From an uncultured Actinomycetota bacterium (lineage in GTDB: Bacteria > Actinomycetota > Actinomycetes > Propionibacteriales > Nocardioidaceae): a stretch of 64,000 nucleotides of DNA. A program made the translations under genes and the position numbers. The notes under the pieces were generated by a model. The model saw nothing but the letters and a program-made list of their open reading frames with translations, searched no databases and was not told the DNA's origin. The stretch spans positions 88,673-152,672 of the forward strand of contig CAWFHJ010000020.1 of NCBI GenBank assembly GCA_963815585.1. The letters run 5' to 3'. Shown here piece by piece: positions 8,966-17,530 of the stretch. Position 1 is the first letter of the stretch; each line of letters begins with the position of its first letter.

Positions 8966-11549
8966 TCACCCACCCTCCCCCGGCTCCAGCACCAGCGTGT
9001 CCTCGGTCGCCTTGCGCACGGCGTCGGGCGTGGAGGGCCAGGCAGTGGTCTCGCCGCGCAGCCACAGGTCGACCTGGTCGACGTAGTGGTCGCCGAAGGC
9101 GTGGCCGGACTGCCCGGCCAGGTTGACCCAGCGGCTGCGGTCCAGGTTGCCGACGTCGACCACCATCCGCATCGCGGGCGCGTTGGTGACGGCATAGCCC
9201 ACCCGCGGGTCCCAGGCCGTGGCGTCGACGGCGCCCGTGCCGCCGGGCGACCCGTGGCCGTGACGGTCGAACAGCGCGCCGACCAGCCAGTTGCCGTTGC
9301 TGAACGTCGGGCGGTCCAGCCGCAGCTGGTGCAGGTGGCCCCAGGTCCAGCGCTTCGGGTAGCGCGACTGCAGGCGCACCAGCTCGTCGCGGGCCTCCCG
9401 CATCGCCTTGCCGAGGATCACGTCGCGGTTCTCCACCTCGCCGCTGGTCTCCACGTCGTCCCACCACGGGCTGTCCGGCTGCTGCAGCAGCTGGGCCATC
9501 ACCGCCATCCAGCGCGAGCTGCCGTCGGGCCACAGCGACTCCCGGAGCTGGTCGTGGAAGGTCAGCTCGAGGACCTTGCGCCAGACCGCGTTGAAGTACG
9601 CCGCCGATGCGGAGTCCGCGGGCTGCGCGTAGTCCCAGCCGGACAGGAGCTGCTGGCCGCTCGCGTAGTACGCCGAGGGCAGCAGCACGTCGAGCAGGTA
9701 GGGCACCAGCACCGGGCCCATCGGGTTGCGGGTGTCTGCCTGGATCGCGGTCATGTCCGCGACCCGCAGCTTCGACCCGTCCGCGACCCGCTGCCGGAGC
9801 AGCCGGTGGATCCGGTCGCTGCGGTAGCCGTAGTCCCACCAGTCCGCGAGCCGGTAGGGGTAGTCCGGACCGGTCACTGCCTGGTTGGCCGCGACGATCA
9901 CCCCGGACGCCGGGTTGAGCTCGGTCGGCAGTGCCGTGGCCGGCACCACCTTGCCGGACCAGTCCTGCGACTTCTTCCAGCCCGCGGCCGGGTAGTCGCC
10001 GGTGTGGCCCACCTTGCGGATCGGCACCGCACCCGTGGCCTGGTAGCCGATGTTGCCGAGGTTGTCGGCGTAGACGAGGCTCGTCGCCGGTGCGCTCAGG
10101 TCGGCCGCTGCGGACCGGAAGCTCGCCCAGTCGCCGGCCCGGTTCATCGCCAGCAGCGCGTCGGCCGAGCGGCCCGGTGTCGCGGCCGCCCACTGGACGG
10201 CGACCGCGTAGCCGTTGCCACGGGCGGGCGCGTCAGGTCGGGGCCGGAGCGTTGGCGCCGACGCTGGACAGCTCGCGGGAGACGTCGGAGACCAGCGGCC
10301 CGTGCCGGGTCGACCGGACCGTGATCAGCCTGGATTCGCCGCCGGCGATCCGGACCCTCTCGTCGCGCTCCTGCAGCGGGACCTGCTGGTCGTCGTAGAG
10401 GTAGTCCTTCCCGCTCACCTTCTCCAGGTAGAGGTCCACGGTGTCGGCCTGGAGGTTGGTCATCCCCCACGCGATGTCGTCGTTGTGGCCCATCGCGATG
10501 CCGGGGAAGCCGGCCCAGCTGAAGCCGGAGACGTCGTAGGGGCAGGACTCGTCGACGTTCCGGCAGTGCAGGCCCATCTGGTAGAGCGCGCCGGGCTGGC
10601 CGACGTCGAGGTGCGGGTCGTTGGCGAGCAGCGGCTTGCCGGTGGTGGTCAGCGCCCCCGACACCACCCAGCCGTTGCTGCCGAGCCCGTCGCCGCTGCC
10701 CACCGCCGTCGGCATCGCCCGCGTCGCCCTGGCCGCCCGGTCCAGGGGTCCGAGCATCGCCCGGGTCAGTCGCGGGGTGGTGGCGCGAGGCGCGGCTCGC
10801 GGGGCCTGCTCGGCGTCCACGACCGGTGCGCGCTCGTCGTACGGGTACGACGGGTAGAGCTCGGCGATCTGCGCAGGATCGCGGTCGACCGAGAGCCGGG
10901 CGCGCGCGATCTCGTCGTCGAGGTTGCCGGCGAGGTTCCACGCCATCGACTTCAGCCAGGCCAGGGAGTCGACCGGCGTCCACGGCTCCGGTCGGTAGTC
11001 GACGTCGACGGCGAGCACGGTGTACTCGAGCGACGCCCCCGCGCCGGAGTGCGAGGAGAGCCAGGCGTTGACGCCGTCGCTGAACGAGTCGAGCGACTCG
11101 CGGGCCTCGGCCGACAGCAGCAGGTACTCCTTCTCGGCCGTGCGGTACCAGCCCAGCGTCCGGGCAGTCATGTCGCTCTCGAGGGTGCGTGCGCCGAACA
11201 GCTCGCTGAGTCGCCCGGCGCTCAGGTGCCGCCGGTAGTCCATCTGCCAGAACCGGTCCTGCGCCTGCACGAAGCCCTGCGCGTAGAACAGGTCGTGGCT
11301 GGTGCCGGCGTAGATCTGCGGCACCCCGTGCGCGCCGCGCAGCACCTGCACGGTGTCGTCGAGCCCCTTGAGCTGCAGGTCACCGCTGGTCTGCGGCAGC
11401 GGGCGACGGACCACGATCGTGCCCGCGATCAGGGCGAGCACCAGGAGCAGGACCACGCCGGCGACTCCGTAGACGGTGTAGCGCGCCGGCGTCGGCCAGT
11501 CCCGGAACCGGTCGCGGTCGGGAGCAGCAGACGGGGTCACGCGGAGCAT
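8966..11549 (-). pseudogene. Penicillin acylase family (Ntn hydrolase) gene split by a frameshift near 10235-10245
   Basis: N-half: AQDRFWQMDYRR, GSNGWVV (catalytic Ser), LLANDPHL; stops at 10233. The C-half (DAPARGNGYAVAVQW...NLAGQSGH) runs in another frame to 8966. Span 2584 bp = 3n+1. Confidence 0.85.
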
Positions 11550-11568
11550 TCTGCCGGGCCGGGTATGG

Positions 11569-11595
11569 TTGGCACTCGAAGGCGCTGAGTGCCAG
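11569..11595. promoter_or_regulatory. CIRCE-like HrcA operator
   Basis: TTGGCACTC-N9-GAGTGCCAG versus consensus TTAGCACTC-N9-GAGTGCTAA, 28 bp upstream of the FmdB-family gene. Confidence 0.85.
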
Positions 11596-11622
11596 TCGCC
11601 TGATCCGACGGCGGAGGACCGG

Positions 11623-11976
11623 GTGCCGACCTATCAGTACGCCTGCACCGAGTGCGGACACTTCTTCGAGCAGTTCCAGAGCTTCACCGACGACGCACTG
11701 ACCGAGTGCCCCACGTGCAGCGGCAAGCTGCGCAAGGTGTTCAACGCCGTCGGCGTCGTCTTCAAGGGCTCGGGCTTCTACCGCACCGACAGCCGCTCCG
11801 ACACTCGCTCCGACACTCGCTCCGAGAGCGGCAGCAACGGCTCGGGCACGTCGGAGAAGTCCGGCGGCTCCACGGAGAAGACGCCCTCGACCGAGAAGTC
11901 GTCCACCTCGGAGAAGAAGTCGTCCACCAGCGACTCCTCGTCCTCGTCCTCGTCAGGCACTGCCGCAGCGTCCTGA
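11623..11976 (+). CDS. FmdB family zinc-ribbon protein with Ser/Thr-rich tail (Rv0991c/Ruc-like)
   Basis: MPTYQYACTECG...CPTCSG...VVFKGSGFYRTDSR; GGAGG RBS. Confidence 0.93.
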   Translation: MPTYQYACTECGHFFEQFQSFTDDALTECPTCSGKLRKVFNAVGVVFKGSGFYRTDSRSDTRSDTRSESGSNGSGTSEKSGGSTEKTPSTEKSSTSEKKSSTSDSSSSSSSGTAAAS

Positions 11977-12042
11977 CCTGCGGGTTCGTGCCGCCTGTGG
12001 ATGACCGACGCTGACGGTGCCCGCGCGTCCTAGCGTCGGCGC

Positions 12043-12675
12043 ATGCCGTTGCTCAGCCACCTGCCCGGTCAGGTACGCCGCCGGGTGCTCGTCCACCGCC
12101 GCCCGCTCGCGGCCCTGCTCGCCGGTCTCGCCGCGCTGGCGGCGCTGCGGGCGACCCAGCCGCCCGACCCGGCGACAACCGGGGTCTGGACCGCCGCGAC
12201 CGACCTGCCCGCGGGCCGGGTGCTGGCCTATGACGACCTGCGACGCGCGCCGTACCCACCTGACGCCGTGCCGGCCGGCGCCCTTGCCGAACCGGCGGCC
12301 GCGGTGGGTCGCACACTGGCGGCCCCGGTGCGTCGCGGCGCTGCCCTGACCGACCTGAGTGTGGTCGCGCGACCTCTCACGGCCGGCTATCCCGGGCGCG
12401 TCGCGACCCCGGTGCGGCTCGCGGACGCGGCGGTGGTCGACCTGCTGCGCGTCGGCGACCTGGTCGACCTGGTGCTCGCCGACCCGCAGGGCCGCACCGC
12501 TCCGCGCACGCTGGCCTCACGGGTGGCCGTGATCGCGATCCCGCGCCCTCGGGCGAGCCTCGACGACGTCGGTCTGCCGGGCCGGTTGGTGCTGCTGGCG
12601 GTGCCCGAGGCCGAGGCCGCCGAGGTGTCGGCAGCCGGTCTCTCGGGTGCTCTGACCGTCACGTTCACCCACTAG
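12043..12675 (+). CDS. SAF/RcpC-CpaB domain protein
   Basis: AATDLPAGRVL, LRVGDLVDLV; usual position between fmdB and mscL. Confidence 0.8.
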   Translation: MPLLSHLPGQVRRRVLVHRRPLAALLAGLAALAALRATQPPDPATTGVWTAATDLPAGRVLAYDDLRRAPYPPDAVPAGALAEPAAAVGRTLAAPVRRGAALTDLSVVARPLTAGYPGRVATPVRLADAAVVDLLRVGDLVDLVLADPQGRTAPRTLASRVAVIAIPRPRASLDDVGLPGRLVLLAVPEAEAAEVSAAGLSGALTVTFTH

Positions 12676-12739
12676 GGTGTGGGCCGTCCGACATCGACAC
12701 GGGAGAAGGCCGCGCGCGGATTCCCGGGAGGAGCAGGTC

Positions 12740-13105
12740 ATGGAAGGCTTCAAGAACTTCGTCCTACGGGGCAATCTCGTCGAGCTGGCAGTCGCGTTCG
12801 TCATGGGGCTCGCGTTCGCCGCGGTGGTCACGGCCACCGTCACGATCATCATGGACATCATCGGCAAGGTCGGCGGCACACCCGACTTCAGCTCCTACAC
12901 ACCGGGTGGCGTCCACATCGGTGCCTGGCTCACGGCCGTGGTCGCGTTCCTGATCATGGCGGCGGTCGTCTACTTCCTGATCGTGAAGCCCTACACGGTC
13001 GCCAAGGAGCGTTTCTTCCCGACCGAGCAGCCCGGAGAGCCCGCGGACGTGGCGCTGCTCACCGAGATCCGCGACCTGCTCGCGTCGGGCCGCAGCCAGG
13101 CCTGA
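12740..13105 (+). CDS. mscL: Large-conductance mechanosensitive channel
   Basis: FKNFVLRGNLVELAVAFVMG, LLTEIRDLL. Confidence 0.96.
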   Translation: MEGFKNFVLRGNLVELAVAFVMGLAFAAVVTATVTIIMDIIGKVGGTPDFSSYTPGGVHIGAWLTAVVAFLIMAAVVYFLIVKPYTVAKERFFPTEQPGEPADVALLTEIRDLLASGRSQA

Positions 13106-14231
13106 CCTTCGGCTCAGCCGTGGTGCGGCGGCACCTGCGCCCGCAACCAGGCGTCGCCGTCCACGGCGGGCTGGTCGGAGTCACGGTCGTCGGCGGTCTG
13201 CTCGGGCAGGACGTCACCGAACACCTCGGCCAGCCGCTTCGCACGCGCGGCCCGCTCCTCGGGGGTGAGCCCGGGTAGGCGGGTGCTCGGCTGCTGGACG
13301 GCTCGTCGCTCATGACGACTGCTGCACGCTCCCGGTCGCGCCACGAGTCGAACCAGTCCACGCCGAACTTCGGACGGGTCGCCGCCCAGCCCGTCTGCGC
13401 GCTGAAGTGCTCGGAGCAGATCCGCAGCGACCGGCTCAGCGGCTCGATCCGTGGCCCGGCGAGCCGGCGCAGCACCGGGCCGAGGTAGCCGGTGCGGTCG
13501 ACCCCGGCGGCCTCCGCGAACCCGGCCAGCACGTCGCGGCGTCGTACCGGTTCGGCGCCCACGTTGTAGACCCCGCTCGACGCGTGCAGCGCGGCCAGCA
13601 CGGCCGGGCCCAGGTCGTCGGTGTGCACGAGGTGCGACCAGGCGTCGGGCCGACCGATGCCCACCGGCCGGCCCTGGCGTACGGCGCGCAGCTGGAAGTC
13701 GGTCAGCCGGTCGTCACCGACGATCGTGCCGAACCGGAGCACCACGCCGACCCGGGGGCCGCTCGCGTAGTCCTGCACGTGCGACTCGGCGACGGCCACC
13801 GGCTCGGTCGCGTGCGTGATGTCGATCGGGTTCTGCTCGGTGACCCAGTCCTCGCCGTGGTCGGCGTAGACGAAGGAGACGCTCTCCTGCACCAGCCTCC
13901 GGACACCGGCCTGGTGCGCCGCGGCGACCACGTTGCCGACGCCGCGGGTGCGAAGCCGGTCGTTGACCTTCCAGGTCCAGGGCAGGGCGGCGGCGTAGCC
14001 GATCGGGATGTGCGTGGCCAGGTTCACGACCGCCTCGCACCCGTCGTACAGCCGGGTCAGGGAGTCGACGTCGAAGAGGTCCGCGGGCTGCGGCACGGCA
14101 CCCAGGTCGCGCATGCAGGCGGCGCCGTCGTCGTCGCGCGCCATCGCCACGACCTCGTGCCCCGCGTCGATCAGGGAGCGGACGGCACCCCGGCCAAGAA
14201 CGCCGGTGGCGCCGGTGACGGCTACGCGCAT
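13059..14231 (-). CDS. NAD-dependent epimerase/dehydratase (3' end doubtful, probably about 13310)
   Basis: MRVAVTGATGVLG Rossmann motif, VVNLATHIP, LRFG; the tail after about 13310 looks out of frame and overlaps mscL. Confidence 0.8.
   Translation of the reverse strand: MRVAVTGATGVLGRGAVRSLIDAGHEVVAMARDDDGAACMRDLGAVPQPADLFDVDSLTRLYDGCEAVVNLATHIPIGYAAALPWTWKVNDRLRTRGVGNVVAAAHQAGVRRLVQESVSFVYADHGEDWVTEQNPIDITHATEPVAVAESHVQDYASGPRVGVVLRFGTIVGDDRLTDFQLRAVRQGRPVGIGRPDAWSHLVHTDDLGPAVLAALHASSGVYNVGAEPVRRRDVLAGFAEAAGVDRTGYLGPVLRRLAGPRIEPLSRSLRICSEHFSAQTGWAATRPKFGVDWFDSWRDRERAAVVMSDEPSSSRAPAYPGSPPRSGPRVRSGWPRCSVTSCPSRPPTTVTPTSPPWTATPGCGRRCRRTTAEPKVRPGCGPTRAGRGSR
13114..13344 (-). CDS. Small conserved-type hypothetical protein (start uncertain)
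   Basis: RLAEVFGDVLPEQTADDRD...AWLRAQVPPHHG resembles the small protein usually convergent on mscL; the probable ATG at 13313 is out of frame. Confidence 0.6.
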   Translation of the reverse strand: MARPGACSSRHERRAVQQPSTRLPGLTPEERAARAKRLAEVFGDVLPEQTADDRDSDQPAVDGDAWLRAQVPPHHG

Positions 14232-14434
14232 CAGGCTATCTTCCGATAACGAACGCATAACGAGCAAACTCACGCGTCACAACTTGGAAGAGCCGCACAA
14301 CTTTGCAAGGGCCTGGCACGCGCCACGGGCGGACCGATCGGCTCACGATGTACCGCAATGAGGCATTTGCGGGGTCAGACCAGCGTGATCGGTCCGTCCG
14401 CAGGGCTCAGCCCCGGACTCGACGACCGGGCGGG

Positions 14435-15631
14435 CTAGGCGCAGAGGCCGTTCTCGGCGGCGATCCGGTCGCGCTCGTCGGAGGTGATCGTCTCGCCGCT
14501 CTTGAGCTTGAGCGTCCCCGCCGCGGCGGCGGTGGCGGGCGCCTTCGACAGCGGGCTGGTCTTCGTGCCCGGGGTGTTGTCGGAGGCCTTGACCACCTCG
14601 CCGGTGAACTTGGGTCCGAGCTGCTGGTCGCGACGGATCTGCTGCCACAGGCCGGCAGCGTCAGGGCTGAGCTGGAGCCGGTTGTTGTCCGGCGGGTAGG
14701 GCTCGAACGGCGCGGTGACGAACGTGATGTTGTCCAACCCGACGTTCTTCAGCGAGGTGCCGAGCGAGGCCAGCGCCTTCAGGTGCGCGAACCCCGGGTC
14801 GGTGGTCAGCGACTTGGTGGCGGCGTCGAGGAACCGCACCAGCTTCACCGGGTTGGCGAGGGTGCCGGCCGAGACCGCCTTGTTGATCATCCCGGCGATG
14901 AACGTCTGCTGCCGCTTCATCCGGCCGATGTCACCGTTGGCGGAGATCCCGTGCCGTACCCGCACGTAGTCGAGGGCCTGGTCGCCGGTGACGTTGTAGG
15001 TGCCGGCCGCGAGGTGGATGTTGCCGACCGTGTCGTCGACCTCCGACGGCACGCAGACCTTCACGCCGCCGAGCGCGTCGACCATCTTCTTGAAGCCGTT
15101 GAAGTCCACCACCACGAAGTGGTCGATGAACACCTTCGTGATCGACTCGACGGTCTTGATGGTGCAGGCCGGCCCGCCCACCTCGTACGCCGCGTTGAAC
15201 TGGGTCAGGCCACCGGCGACGGTGCCGTTGCCGTCCTTCTTCGTGCAGGTCGGCCGTTCCACCATCGTGTCCCGCGGGATGCTCACGCCGTACGCACGGC
15301 TGCGGTCCTTCGAGAGGTGCAGCAGGATCGTGGTGTCCGACAGGCCCGGGGTCTCGCCGGCCACGTGGTTGCCCTTGCCCTTGCGGGTGTCCGACCCCAT
15401 CACCAGCACGTTGAGCGCACGCTTCGGGCCCGTGTCGAGCCGCTGCGGGCGGTCCCTGCCGAGGCTCTTGGTCACGTCGAGCTGGGTGATGTTGCCCTCG
15501 AACCGCTTGTAGAAGTAGACGCCGACGGCGCCGAGCACGAGCGACACCGAGAGCACCCCGACAAGCACACGGACCCCGATCTTGCGCGCGCGCGATGGTT
15601 CGGCGCGGCGCTTCGGGGTGTGCTCGGACAA
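14435..15631 (-). CDS. LCP (LytR-CpsA-Psr) family cell-wall ligase
   Basis: N-terminal TM, LVMGSDTR, SDT, SIPRD, ALDYVRVRH, DIGRMKRQQ. Confidence 0.95.
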   Translation of the reverse strand: MSEHTPKRRAEPSRARKIGVRVLVGVLSVSLVLGAVGVYFYKRFEGNITQLDVTKSLGRDRPQRLDTGPKRALNVLVMGSDTRKGKGNHVAGETPGLSDTTILLHLSKDRSRAYGVSIPRDTMVERPTCTKKDGNGTVAGGLTQFNAAYEVGGPACTIKTVESITKVFIDHFVVVDFNGFKKMVDALGGVKVCVPSEVDDTVGNIHLAAGTYNVTGDQALDYVRVRHGISANGDIGRMKRQQTFIAGMINKAVSAGTLANPVKLVRFLDAATKSLTTDPGFAHLKALASLGTSLKNVGLDNITFVTAPFEPYPPDNNRLQLSPDAAGLWQQIRRDQQLGPKFTGEVVKASDNTPGTKTSPLSKAPATAAAAGTLKLKSGETITSDERDRIAAENGLCA

Positions 15632-15772
15632 AGGACGGACCTCGGGTAGAGCCCATTCTTTTCACGGGCAACACGTCTGTGGGCACCCCCATTGTGCGGT
15701 GCTGGACTGCCAGACTCCAATCGGACAGGTGTGAAGCGTGCCCGTCCTGGGGTCGGGCCGAGGGGGTGCGTT

Positions 15773-16840
15773 GTGATCAAGTACCTCGGTTCCAAGCGCC
15801 TGCTGGTGCCGGTGCTGGGCCGGATCGCGAGCGCCGTCGGAGCGCGGACCGCGGTCGACCTGTTCACGGGCACCACACGCGTCGCACAGGAGTTCAAGAG
15901 GCGCGGGCTCGAGGTCACCGCCGTCGACGTCGCGACCTACGCCGAGGTGCTGGCCCGCTGCTACGTCGCCACTGACGCCCGCGCCGTCGACCAGGACCGG
16001 CTCGCGGAGGCGCTGGGTCGGCTGAACGGGCTCCCCGGACGCCGCGGCTACGTGACCCGCACGTTCTGCGAGGACGCCCGCTACTTCCGTCCGGAGAACG
16101 GCCGCCGGATCGACGCCGTCCGCGACGCGATCGAGGAGTACGACGAGGCGCTGCGGCCGCTGCTGCTGACGTCCCTGCTCCTCGCCGCCGACCGGGTGGA
16201 CTCCACGACCGGGCTGCAGATGGCCTACCTCAAGCAGTGGGCGCCGCGGGCCGCCAAGCCGCTGACCCTGGTCGCACCGGCCCTGGTCGACGGCACCGGC
16301 ACGGCGCTGCTCGGCGACGCGACGACGCTGGTCGACGACCTCCCGGTGACGGACCTGGCCTATCTCGACCCGCCGTACAACCAGCACCGCTACTTCACGA
16401 ACTACCACGTCTGGGAGACCCTGGTCCGCTGGGACCGCCCCGATCACTACGGCATCGCGTGCAAGCGGGCCGACGCCCGCGACCCGGTCACCAAGTCGGT
16501 GTTCAACTACCGGGGCTCGATGCCCGAGGCGCTGCGCTCGTTGATCGCGCGCACCCGCGCCGAGGTGGTCGTCGCGTCGTACAACGACGAGAGCTGGGTG
16601 CGCCCGGAGGAGATCACGACCGCTCTCGCAGAGGCGGGACACGAGAGGGTCGAGGTGATCGGCTTCGACAGCAAGCGCTACGTCGGCGCGCAGATCGGCA
16701 TCCACAACCTCCGCGGCGAACGGGTCGGCGAGGTCAGCCACCTGCGCAACACGGAGTTCCTGTTCGTGGCGGGTCCCGGGGACAAGGTCGACGCCGCGGT
16801 CGCGGCGGCACGCGGCAGCGCCCCGGTCGCCACCGGCTAA
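15773..16840 (+). CDS. Orphan N6-adenine DNA methyltransferase (D12/FokI-M-like)
   Basis: IKYLGSK, DLFTGT (motif I), YLDPPY (motif IV); start GTG 15773. Confidence 0.9.
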   Translation: MIKYLGSKRLLVPVLGRIASAVGARTAVDLFTGTTRVAQEFKRRGLEVTAVDVATYAEVLARCYVATDARAVDQDRLAEALGRLNGLPGRRGYVTRTFCEDARYFRPENGRRIDAVRDAIEEYDEALRPLLLTSLLLAADRVDSTTGLQMAYLKQWAPRAAKPLTLVAPALVDGTGTALLGDATTLVDDLPVTDLAYLDPPYNQHRYFTNYHVWETLVRWDRPDHYGIACKRADARDPVTKSVFNYRGSMPEALRSLIARTRAEVVVASYNDESWVRPEEITTALAEAGHERVEVIGFDSKRYVGAQIGIHNLRGERVGEVSHLRNTEFLFVAGPGDKVDAAVAAARGSAPVATG

Positions 16841-16851
16841 TCTGGCCCGCG

Positions 16852-16924
16852 GCCCCAGTAGCTCAGTGGATAGAGCAGCCGCCTCCTAAGCGAAAGGTCG
16901 CCAGTTCGACTCTGGCCTGGGGCA
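16852..16924 (+). tRNA. tRNA-Arg (anticodon CCT)
   Basis: GCCCCAG/CTGGGGC acceptor stem, GCTC/GAGC D-stem, loop CTCCTAA, GCCAG-TTCGACT-CTGGC T-arm; no encoded CCA. Confidence 0.93.
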
Positions 16925-16943
16925 CCGCCCCGCGCTGCCTGGT

Positions 16944-17454
16944 GCTCGAGCCTGTCGAGAGCTCACCAGGTCTCGACACCCGCTCGCTGGCGCTCGCTGC
17001 TCGACCACCAGCTCCCGGCGCTCGAGCCTGTCGAGAGCTCACCAGGTCTCGACACCCGCCCACCAGCTCCCGGCGCTCGAGCCTGTCGAGAGCTCACCAG
17101 GTCTCGACACCCGCTCGCTGGCGCTCGCTGCTCGACCACCAGCTCCCGGCGCTCGAGCCTGTCGAGAGCTCACCAGGTCTCGACACCCGCTCGCTGGCGC
17201 TCGCTGCTCGACCACCAGCTCCCGGCGCTCGAGCCTGTCGAGCGCTCACCAGGTCCCGACACCCGCCCACCAGCTCCCGGCGCTCGAGCCTGTCGAGCGC
17301 TCACCAGGTCTCGACACCCGCTCGCTGGCGCTCGCTGCTCGACCACCAGCTCCCGGCGCTCGCTGCTCGACCACCAGCTCACCAGGTCTCGACACCCGCT
17401 CGCTGGCGCTCGCTGCTCGACCACCAGCTCCCGGCGGTCGAGCCTGTCGAGACC
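16944..17454. repeat. BIME-like mosaic array of 76-bp and 55-bp units built from alternately oriented REP-like motifs
   Basis: Units start at 16944 (76), 17020 (55), 17075 (76), 17151 (76), 17227 (55), 17282 (76), then rearranged partials; ends with GGTCGAGCCTGTCGAGACC. Confidence 0.95.
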
Positions 17455-17509
17455 CCTCCGACCGGTGGGCCCTCGGTTGGCCACTGGACGGAGATGAGGC
17501 TACCCTCCG

Positions 17510-17528
17510 TTAGGTAAGCCTTACCTGA
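17510..17528. promoter_or_regulatory. IdeR/DtxR iron box
   Basis: TTAGGTAAGCCTTACCTGA versus consensus TTAGGTTAGGCTAACCTAA, 2 bp before the efeU ATG. Confidence 0.9.
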
Positions 17529-17530
17529 CG

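Noticed and set aside
11800-11976. Ser/Thr/Glu/Lys low-complexity repeats (for example CTCCGACACTCG twice) as a novel repeat
   Set aside because: They encode the disordered tail typical of actinobacterial FmdB/Ruc proteins
14435-16924. Complete restriction-modification system
   Set aside because: The MTase neighbours are an LCP gene and a tRNA; there is no nuclease or specificity subunit
16944-17454. CRISPR array
   Set aside because: Sequences between repeats are near-identical rather than unique spacers, unit lengths alternate 76/55 bp, and no cas genes are present
16852-17530. tRNA-integrated genomic island or prophage
   Set aside because: No integrase, no duplicated tRNA 3' end seen in the window, and downstream efeUOB has host-like composition
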